Assembly: GCF_000315625.1 (NCBI RefSeq)
Contig: NW_005434532.1
Span: 99,517-163,516, forward strand
Reading direction: 5' to 3'
Length of the DNA: 64,000 bases
DNA from: Guillardia theta CCMP2712
Taxonomy: Eukaryota > Protista > Cryptophyta
Of the stretch, positions 12,728-22,238 are shown one piece after another (the first letter of the stretch is position 1; every line of letters starts with the position of its first letter). The position numbers were made by a program, and so were the translations under genes. The notes under the pieces are model-generated. The model worked only from the letters and a program-made list of their open reading frames with translations, had not been told where the DNA came from and did no database searches.

Positions 12728-13705
12728 CTGCCCAGAGGTGTCAACATTAGATCATGTCGGTAAGCTATAGCATGATTTCAGGTTTTTCTTTCCTATAGCA
12801 TAGCCAACTAGCGTGATGTTCATAGTGAAAAACTACAGAAAAGAGTTTGCATTATCTTGCTCTATTTAAACCACAGTGATCGGTAAAGGAAAAGAGCTTT
12901 AGATCAAGTACGAGCGTTCACTAGACACAAAAAACTACATCGACTATAAAAGCATTGATCAACGGCAGTTCAAAAGGAGCCATATAATGCTAACCACACG
13001 AACCACATCAGACAAGAGTATACATGAATCAAGAAGCATTCGTGTCGGAGTGAGAGGTGAGGAGAGAATGAACAGCAGCATCTGACTTGACTAGAAGCGA
13101 CTAGGTGCATTGGAAGCTTGAGAAGCATCAGGCCATCCTCGTGACATCAAGTTGCATGAACACTAAGCAAGTCCTTCAGCATGGCTGTGTTTGACCATGG
13201 CTGCATATCATGTCGGCTTCTCAGTGTCAGGAGCATGTGCGGCTGATGCGAAGAACATTGGCTTCGTGGCAAAACTTCGCCATTTTAGCCGCGGAGGAGG
13301 TAATGTGAAGTGGAGGGGTCGTAAGCAAAGGGGGAGGTGGAGGGGGAGTCAGATAGGCCATGATGGGTAGGGTAGTCATCCATGGTAGGTAGAAGCAATG
13401 ATGCAAAGGTAAGATGATGATGTGATGATATTATAGACAGAACTGAATAAATACTGAGCAAGAGAGGTCAGAAGACATACCCAATGTAGAGTATGGGGTA
13501 CAGTTTGCTTGTGTGGGGGTGAAGTATTGTGTTAGGGGGTGGGGGGTTGTTGGAGCGCATAATGATCATACCTAGTCTAGAGGAAGGGCACATAAAAGTA
13601 CTCAAGGGTGAAACTAAGGGTCTTCTTGACTCTAATATGGTGGTAGGGGTCATAACCCCCACCCACTCACACCAGTCTCTCAGTGAAACGTTACTACATA
13701 ATATA

Positions 13706-13735
13706 ACTAGCTGTTTGTCCCGGCAATGCCCGGAA
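13706..13735 (-). mobile_element. Helitron-like 3' terminus (remnant)
   Basis: Minus strand CCGGGCATTGCCGGG hairpin, then ACAAACAG, then CTAG|T. Confidence 0.4.
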
Positions 13736-13754
13736 AGAATTTAGGAGATATCTC

Positions 13755-13826
13755 GGCCCGGACAGCCGCTCGCCCGGCCGGTCACTGTGACACTGATGGG
13801 ACTCCCGGGCCGGGCCGGGCCGGGCT
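13755..13826. promoter_or_regulatory. CCGG-rich island
   Basis: (ccggg)n; lies upstream of the minus-strand genes at <=13.3 kb. Confidence 0.4.
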
Positions 13827-13989
13827 TCCTCAAACCCAACTGACAACCTTTACACTGACAACTGTCGCTTGATTATCTTGTTCTCAATGTGACTCGTCAC
13901 TGGCACCATGACTAAGTTGCCGCCGCACCGTCCGACTGGCTGCCAGACTGGCAGTGCTGCGTTGCCAGATCGAACTTCGGAAGCGTCAC

Positions 13990-14772
13990 TGTCTCGCCTC
14001 GTCTGGCAGCGCCCTCCCCTTGTCCACCCGCCAGTGGCTCCAGCGCTTCCGAAGTTCAAGTCAAGTCACCACCCTGGGTAGACTTTCTCCGGTCCTGGGG
14101 AGGTCAGCTGGTCAGAGAGCTCAACGAGCAGGTCGCCTCCTACGAGCATCGCCTTGCCGAGGAGGTCTCGTCGGTTTGCCGCTGCCTGCTCCTCCAAGGC
14201 AGAGACTGGCGATTCTAGGAGCGAGGTAAGAATGATGAGCTGCCGCGTGTAGCGGAAGAAGACGAGGAGGAGCACAGGAGGGGGAGGAGAAGGGGGGGGA
14301 CCAGGAGGAGGAAGAGGAGAGGAGGGAAAGGAGAATTTTTGGGGAGAGGAGGAACGAGAGGAGGATACCTTGAGTCGGCGGTGTCATCTTGAGACCACTG
14401 GCCCTGCAACACACGACGGTGAGGAGGAGACGAGCGGGGAGCTGGACTTTACCTTGACGTCCGGGACTTCCCTGGAGGAGCTGGTGGGGCAAGTCAGAGA
14501 TCAGCGCAGTCGCGTCCGCCATGTCCATACACGACGAAGTAGGAGAGTGGAAGAACTTCAGCCGACAACTCCTGCGCCTCGACGTTGAGCGCTTCTGGGT
14601 ACGCGTCCACGAGCAGGTCCACTACAGCTGCCAAACAAGATTCAGCTAGAAGAGGAGGACGAGGAGGACGAGGAGGACGAGGAGGACGAGGAGGACGAGG
14701 AGGACGAGGAAGAGAGGACGAGGACGAGGACGACGAGGACGAGGACGAGGAGGACGAGGAGGACGAGGAAGA

Positions 14773-14832
<60 letters not shown>

Positions 14833-17107
14833 GACAAGGACGACGAGGAGGCAACAGGAGCTTAGAGGAGAGGGGCCGTTGCAGTAGATGACGAGAGGGA
14901 TCCTTCGAGCCAGGAGTCAAGACGCGCCGCTCCCTCCATGTTTGCGTACCTTGCTGTGGAATCTTTCAACCTCGCGATCTCAGGCGTGAGAATTCTCCTG
15001 ACGTTGCCGGCCATGGCATGAGGAGAAGAGCAGAGGACGTGTAGAGGCGTCCTCCTCCTCCTGCAGCGCCGGTGAGCTCAGGAGACAGGCGGGCAGATTG
15101 CTGCTGACCGATCTTGGACGCAGATGGGGGAGGAGGGGATAGAAGTTTGTAAGATGAGGTTGCAAAGGTGGGATACAAGCTCCAGAGGATGGTTGCGCTG
15201 GAGCAGTAGCTGGGCCATCTTGAGGTGGAAGGGAGGTGGGAACGTGCCCTGGTATCTGAGGTAGAAGTCGACGAGCAGAAGCAAGATCCCTTCCGCTCTC
15301 TCGTCCTGATGGCAGAAGAAGTTTCAGATGGCCAGCAGGTCAGGAGCGGCGACCTGCCTTGTCGACCGACAGCCTTTCGAGCTCGAGGTTCAGCTCGATA
15401 TGGAGCATCTTCCAGGTGGAGGTGTACTGGGAGACAAGCACGTCACGCAGGTGGTCAGCAGCAGGACAGACAGCATGCCTCGCCCGACCTCTCCTGGCAG
15501 AGGCGGTACACTCGGTCCACAGCAGCCTTGACCTCTGAACCCTCCTGCTGGAAGGCATGCTGGAAGTAGGAAGAGAGGACTTGGTGGAGGTCTTCCTTCG
15601 CTGCTGACCTGTGGAGCTTCTTCTTCACCGCTAACAGCATCTTCTCCAACGCCGCCTCGTCCAAACTTTGACAGGCTCAGTCAGCAGACCGACCCGTCCA
15701 GCAGCAAGTGGCCACTCACGTCTCTTGTGCTGGGCCGGCTGCCCCGGGTGATGGAGACGTCGAGGCTCCCTGCTGGCAGGTGAGGTGGAGGTGGCTGTTT
15801 CTCAGCTCGTGGCCTTACGGAGCTGCGGCGGAGATTCGCTATGGAGGATTTCCGACGGTTTGCAGCGACTTTGCGGATCCTGACAGGCGGTCACCAGGGG
15901 CCCAGCTGGGGTGGGGGAGAGAGCACTCAGTCTCCTTCTGCTGCTTGTCGACAAAGTCCTTCATCGTCTCAGCCTGCTCGAGGACGGAAAGGAGGGGGCA
16001 AGGAAGAGTTTTGCGATAGACCTGCACGTGGGTGAGGAGAGGAGAGGGAGAGAGGGCAAGCAACGGTCGCCACGCCGAAGTTCTCCTGCACTCTCAAGAT
16101 GTAGAAGATGATCTTGAAGGAGATCTCAAGGAGCTCCTCAACAGATTGAACAAGAACAAGTACCAGGTCAAGAACGTCGATGTGAGTGCAGATAGAGTTG
16201 GAACAGACTTGATGCAGGATGGTCTGACCTTTCCTTTACCAAACGTGAGACAGGACGGTCTTCTATGAACAAGGATCAAGTCATCAAGTCACCTGTTCAA
16301 GGACATAACGGACTCTGGAAAGGCCTGGGAGCCGAAGAGATCAACGTGGAACTATAAGGCTCTCGTGGGGGACCTCGAGAAGGATCTGGAACATCTGCCT
16401 GGTCGCTGACACGTTGCTCGCGAGCAGGTGAACAGGAAGGTCTCCCTCAAACGATGAGAGCTTTGCACTCCTGAGAGTGACACGTCGACAGAAGTAAGGA
16501 GCAATGAAGCATGTTGAGAACGTGCTTGCCTCTTGTGTGAAAACAGAATGATCTCGAGCAGCGACAGCTCCAAACCTGTGTGCAGCATATCAGACATGTG
16601 AAGATACAACTGAGACACTGACATGGGTTGGTACACAGATGATGTAGAGGCGTCATGCCCAGGTCGTCGGGGATGGCGCACTGGCAGGAGCGTCAAGGAG
16701 GAGCTGGCGGATGCTGGTCGGGCTTACGGCAGTCGGAGATTTCTCGACGAGCGACTTGAGACTTTGAGCCTCGACCGTCCGGTTCCTACAGAGATGATGG
16801 AGAGGGAGGCGACCCCGCCCATCGCATCTGGAAGGTTTTCTAAGAGGACGAGAGAGAGAGCGATAGCTACCTCATGAGATCGTCGGGTGATCGGACAAGT
16901 TTGTTGAGGAGCTGTTCGAGGTCTCGCATCGAATCTTGTTTGTCATCGTCGCTGTTGATCTTTCTTGCTTGAGTTTGACAGAGGATGTGGAAGACAGAAA
17001 GATTTTGATCGTCTTCCCATAAGACCCCTGCAGGAAACATGGAAACAAGATGCTCTGATGACGACGAGTAAAGAGGACAAGGATAAAATCATGAGGACGG
17101 GAAGAGC

Positions 17108-17138
<31 letters not shown>

Positions 17139-19010
17139 TGTCGTGGTGATCGAGGAGGAGTATCATCAAGACGAAAAAGGGGAGGAGGATGGGGAGAACA
17201 AGTTGTACAGTTCAGTTTCTCTAGAGGAAGTTCCAATGCCTACCTATGATCTTGTTGCTTGCACAGTTGTTTCCGCACAGATCGTGGAGGGGGATTCGGT
17301 TCCATCGTGATCTACAGCACTACGTAAAAAGCTTGCCGGAAAGATGAGAGGTTGTCACTTGTTCTTCGTAGTTACCATCACATGCGCTGAGGGGTGCGAG
17401 CAGATGAGAATCATTCCCTGCTCATGAAAAGCAATCACACCATCAACATCCCCTCTCCCACCCTCTTGGAACGCAGACTTCCCTCCTACGTCCCTACTAC
17501 TTGCCTCGTACTTCCCTCCTACAACCCTCTCGTCTTCTCTCTGCCTGCTTGTCTCATCGTCCTCCTTGTCTTTTTCTCCTTTCCTTTCTCCTTCTGCCAT
17601 CTTCAAGTCTTGTTCACTTGCCTTGAGGGTAATCGAAGGATTCATGCAGTAGACATGCAGCGGATTCAACTTCTTATCCCGCGGGCTCTTTGAGCGTGAA
17701 GGTAAGCCAGTCTCAAGGAGAAGAGTGAAGAGAGGGAAAAGAAGGAAAGGAAGGCACCAGCAAAGGTATGAGAGAAGAATCAGAGATGGAGATGGAGATG
17801 GACACTGACTGACTGACTGACTGACTGACTGATTGACTGACTGACTGACTGACTGACTGACTGACTGACTGACTGACTGACTGACTGACTGACTGACTGA
17901 CTGACTGACTGACTGACTGACTGACTGACTGACTGACTGACTGACTGACTGACTGACTGACTGACTGACTGACTGACTGACTGACTGACTGACTGACTGA
18001 CTAAGACAGAGATAGAAACAGAGATAGAATATCGACAAGTGCGAACAAGTTTCACCTGCATCATCTCGAGGCAAACTTCATCAAGAAGCTCATCTTTGTC
18101 CACCAAACAAACCCGTGAGCAAACTGAAACAAGCATCTGCAGAGTCATCACCCAGCAAGCTCAGCGAAGGAGTAGGGTCGACGATGCCACATTCCTCAAT
18201 CATCTTCTGATATGACGAGCTTGTTGTCTTCAAGACCATCCTCATCGCAGGTGAGACGACCGAGGGCCATGCCACGTCCTGCTCCTCGCTCCCCTGAAAA
18301 AGAGCGACTAACTTCTCGACTTCAGTCTGCTCCTCTTGCTTCATGGACTGATCAGAATCCGAGTCCGACCGGTTTAAGTCAAGAAAACCCTCGTCCTCTC
18401 TTCCTCCTCCTGGTTTCACAGGCAACTTCCTCCTACTCCTCGTCCGCCTCCACCATCTCTGCAAGAAAACAGTCGACTTGAACAATTTGTCCAGCCTGCT
18501 CGAGTCCCTGAACTCTCTTGTCTCTACCAGATCCTCTCTGATCTGTTTGCTCTCGGCCAGCTGCGCAGGGACGTTAGCAACAACATCGCAGGCACCCGAG
18601 GTCTCACGAGAGCTTCAAGCTTCTCCTCGGCGATCAGCTTCTCTGCTACCTGGAATGCTGCGGGTGCTGATCAGCATGGCTGTCCTCTCGCTCTCTGCAC
18701 ACCTTGTCTCCCCGCCATGATCGCCTCCAGCACGACTTTCTTGGTGCGCTCCAACACGGCCACGTCGTCCTGCTCATGAAAGAGCCACTGTGTCTGCGAG
18801 GCTGCGATCAGGAGGAGACAGGAAGGAGCTGAGGTACCGTGAACACCAACTGGTCGTTGACGAACTCGACAAGGGACTCTGGCTGGAACTGGTCAACGAA
18901 ACTGGCGTCCAAGTCCTTAGCCGACAGGACTTGGTTGAGGTCGAAGAAAGGTTTCCCTGTAGAGCCAGTCCCATGCTTCTTGCCGTGGGACCATTCCCCG
19001 AAATAGCACT
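13990..19010 (-). CDS. 3' body of a MORN/IQ-motif protein (long helical C-terminus), detached from its 5' exons
   Basis: CYFGEWSHGKKHGTG (MORN), then exons in frame to LFKSTVFLQRWWRR (IQ-like) and ORF 18090-18485, with further minus exons (MDEAALEKMLL..., LLLVDFYLRY...). Might be more than one gene. Confidence 0.55.
14654..14835 (+). repeat. Compound (GAGGAGGAC)n/(GAGGAC)n microsatellite
   Basis: Visible tandem repeats. Confidence 0.9.
17804..18002 (+). repeat. (GACT)~49 tetranucleotide microsatellite, intronic
   Basis: Near-perfect array with one GATT variant. Confidence 0.98.
18516..19010 (-). repeat. Inverted repeat A' (495 bp), copy of 21489-21983
   Basis: Reverse complement matches base for base, except one difference seen (AAA/AAG); identical ORFs appear in the track. 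Confidence 0.97.
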
Positions 19011-19755
19011 GATATATCAGAGTCTGCGGACATTCCTTGACTTTTGATCGCATTCAAGTCGGCGGATTAGGCTTTAGGATGAACTACAAGACATTTCGCA
19101 GCATGAATTATCATCAGTCTTGGTTAAAGTTCCAAATTAGACCAAAGAACGTGCATCTAATACAGAAGCATACTGTCCAATCTACAACTTATCTTACACT
19201 TCAATTCGAAGCCTGAAAGTCTTTTATAACGTCTGACATCGCTATCACTTGACCAGGTGTGTTGAGGATTTGGACTTTACAAACTACTTTATCATATCTT
19301 TCCTGTTTGTAGATTTTGCTTTGATTCACAGGTTTATTGTTGCAGATGAAATCGATTTGACATATTCGCTCCTGATTGTCTCAGGTCTGTGAACGAACCG
19401 GCAATGCTTCTGTACACAGTGTAACATCGGTATACGACGAAGATTTCTCCAACAACCCCTTCTCGCAAAGCTCACTTGTAGCCGCAGTTGGACTTCTAGG
19501 CGACGTTATTGTTTCTATGACTTCGCCCTTGCCTTTGAGCGCTGCTTGCCGCTTCTGAACTGCCGCAGACACGTTGGCAAGAAGTATTGCTCCATCGGCA
19601 AGCACTTGGATCCTCTGAGAGGATAGGACTCCTCCACGACTATCCAGCAAGGAGCGACGTTGCAAGCGACAGGCGTTGGCGTCCATGTAAGCCAGCTGAC
19701 TGGGACTGAGAGTGAGCCTTGGAGATGGAGGATGGGGACGCCGAGTCGCAGGCAT
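19011..19755 (-). CDS. Hypothetical gene Y (5' part) inside the inverted-repeat-flanked cassette
   Basis: ORF MPATRRPHPPSPRLTLSPSQLAYMDANACRLQRR...EKSSSYTDV starts just downstream of the 20 kb island. Confidence 0.4.
19600..19754 (+). repeat. Direct repeat B' (155 bp), copy of 21988-22142
   Basis: Identical except gccagctg vs gccaactg. Confidence 0.97.
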
Positions 19756-20059
19756 ACTTGATCGAAACTTGGACGAAGCTAACAGAGGGACCGATGCTGA
19801 TCGCAAGAGGAGCAAGGGAAGGAGGAGGGAAGGAGGAGGGAAGGAGGAGGAGTGTTGGGAGTCGGGAGACTTTCAGGTCACGAGGAGAGGAATGATTTGT
19901 ATGGGGGATGAAGGGTTTGCTCTCTGGCTAGGGTTACGGGGGAATGGTACGAAGAAGGCTTATCGGTCACGAGGTCAGGTCTCGTGACTTCAGCCCTCTC
20001 AACAGCTTACAGTGCGGCTCCTTCCTACCCCACCCCCTCCTCGTCCTTCACCTCAGGAC

Positions 20060-20770
20060 TCTCCCTTACCCAGGGGGTACGTGAACACCGTGACTCCAGC
20101 CGGTCAAACTGTGCCAGTGACTTGAAGCCTGTATCACTCAGTGAGTGACTGAGGCCCTTGACTGAGTTAAGTTAACCGTGACGGTCGGCACTGCAAGAGA
20201 CCCTCACAGCTTCTTCAGTGTGACCGCCAGGTGAGCTCGTGGGCCAGACCAGTGAGTGTCCACGTGATACCTGATCCCCCTTACAGCCTGAGTTCAAAGT
20301 CACACTGTGTACACACTGTCACAAGTTCAGTTCAAAGTATTAAAATCTAAAAAAAAATCTAGAACGAGGCCCGTGACAATCACTGTCAGGATGGGCCCCC
20401 GGCGTCCGCTGTGACGGCGTTTGACCCTTTCACATTGAAACGTGGCACCGTTGAATTCAATGTGAGTGGCAAGAGGATTCCGATGGCCGATCGGATGCAG
20501 TGCCATAATCATGACCGTACCCGGGCCGGGGGCGCCGGGTACGGTCACTAGTACCGTAGTAACTTGGCCGGCTACCCGGGCCCGATCTGACAGAAAGCCG
20601 GGCCGGGCTCGGACGACCGTGACTGTCGGACTGAGAGTCCGGAGTCCGATCAGCCGGAGGCTTCCGAGGCCGGGCCGTGCCAGACTGAGTGACCGACACC
20701 GGGGACCTGAACTCAGTTGGCTCACAGATCATCGGATCGGACTCCCAGGCTCCCGGACCGTTGGCCCTGG
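20060..20770. promoter_or_regulatory. CCGG-rich island, putative bidirectional promoter
   Basis: Rich in CCGG, GTAC and TGAGT; genes diverge from both sides. Confidence 0.55.
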
Positions 20771-20897
20771 ACGGAGGATGCGGCCCTTGTCAAACAATAA
20801 TGAAGGGGGGGACGATGATGTCGGATGGAGTCAAGGGCATGCGAGGAACTTAGAGGCGCTCGCCCGCCGCCCTTTCAGACCTCTAGCCTTCCACTAG

Positions 20898-21989
20898 ATG
20901 GCAGAGGAGAGCCATGCATGGACGGTCGATGCCGTAAGAGGAGGAGGAGGAGGAGGAGGAGGCGAAGGAGGGGGAGTAAGAAATCTTGTTATGGTCCATG
21001 ACATGGCATCCGCAGGCTTCCTGTCCGTTGGAAGAGATCGTCTACTCTCCTCCTTGCAAGTATGTCGGTCAGCTCCACCCGCAAACGAGGATGTGGCATG
21101 GTCATGGAAAGAGCGTCAACAGCGACAGCAGACAGACGGTGAGGAAGTGATCGCCGACCTTCTTGTCTTTTTGATCCGATCCGATCTAACCTGACCTGAC
21201 CTGACCTGACCTGACCTGACTTGATCTGATCTGATCTGATCTGATCTGATCTGATCTGTTTGTTTGATCTGTTCTTGTTTTCTCAGATCTATGGCCGTTG
21301 GTCAGACGGAGTTCTAGTTGGTCCTGCTGTGATGGTGGACTCAACGGAGACGGCGTCCTCCGAAGGATTCAGGACGCGAGTCCTCTGCATTGAGATGGGG
21401 GGTCAGCACGCGCAAGGACTTGGAGTTGAGATGGTAGAGGTAGGAAAGTGCGAGGAGGTGGCAGGGAAAGGAAGTGTAGCAGAAGGGAAGTGCTATTTCG
21501 GGGAATGGTCCCACGGCAAGAAGCATGGGACTGGCTCTACAGGGAAACCTTTCTTCGACCTCAACCAAGTCCTGTCGGCTAAGGACTTGGACGCCAGTTT
21601 CGTTGACCAGTTCCAGCCAGAGTCCCTTGTCGAGTTCGTCAACGACCAGTTGGTGTTCACGGTACCTCAGCTCCTTCCTGTCTCCTCCTGATCGCAGCCT
21701 CGCAGACACAGTGGCTCTTTCATGAGCAGGACGACGTGGCCGTGTTGGAGCGCACCAAGAAAGTCGTGCTGGAGGCGATCATGGCGGGGAGACAAGGTGT
21801 GCAGAGAGCGAGAGGACAGCCATGCTGATCAGCACCCGCAGCATTCCAGGTAGCAGAGAAGCTGATCGCCGAGGAGAAGCTTGAAGCTCTCGTGAGACCT
21901 CGGGTGCCTGCGATGTTGTTGCTAACGTCCCTGCGCAGCTGGCCGAGAGCAAGCAGATCAGAGAGGATCTGGTAGAGACAAGAAAGTAA
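20898..21989 (+). CDS. MORN-repeat protein, 5' part; truncated by TAA immediately after repeat A
   Basis: MAEESHAWTVDA|ASCPLEEIVYSPPCKYVGQLHPQTRMWHGHGKSV...|IYGRWSDGVLVG...CYFGEWSHGKKHGTG...DLVETRK*. Confidence 0.7.
21186..21255 (+). repeat. Pentamer array CTAAC-(CTGAC)6-TTGAT-(CTGAT)6 in intron
   Basis: Read directly; acceptor AG at 21285-21286. Confidence 0.95.
21489..21983 (+). repeat. Inverted repeat A (495 bp)
   Basis: See 18516-19010. Confidence 0.97.
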
Positions 21990-22142
21990 GCACTTGGATC
22001 CTCTGAGAGGATAGGACTCCTCCACGACTATCCAGCAAGGAGCGACGTTGCAAGCGACAGGCGTTGGCGTCCATGTAAGCCAACTGACTGGGACTGAGAG
22101 TGAGCCTTGGAGATGGAGGATGGGGACGCCGAGTCGCAGGCA
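21988..22142 (+). repeat. Direct repeat B (155 bp), abutting A
   Basis: See 19600-19754. Confidence 0.97.
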
Positions 22143-22238
22143 GCAGCTGGACACACTAAACCGCATCTGGGACTCAGCTGGGACTTGTAAGTTGAGAGAT
22201 TGTGACTGACCGAGCTGGGAACAACGCTACAAGAATGA

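Noticed and set aside
12950-13283. Possible tiny spliced gene on the minus strand
   Set aside because: Could not assemble a convincing frame; left unannotated
16032-16420. Apparent plus-strand gene (DVEDDLEGDLKELLNRL...) with gtgag donors
   Set aside because: The minus strand gives a coherent frame (HIDVLDLVLVLVQSVEELLEISF) and splice sites; plus-strand gtgag is the complement of the ctcac branch motif
17355-18151. ORFs with (SQSV)n
   Set aside because: Translation of an intronic (GACT)n microsatellite
20430-20465. 10-bp inverted repeat TCACATTGAA/TTCAATGTGA
   Set aside because: Isolated and short; could be chance in a palindrome-rich island
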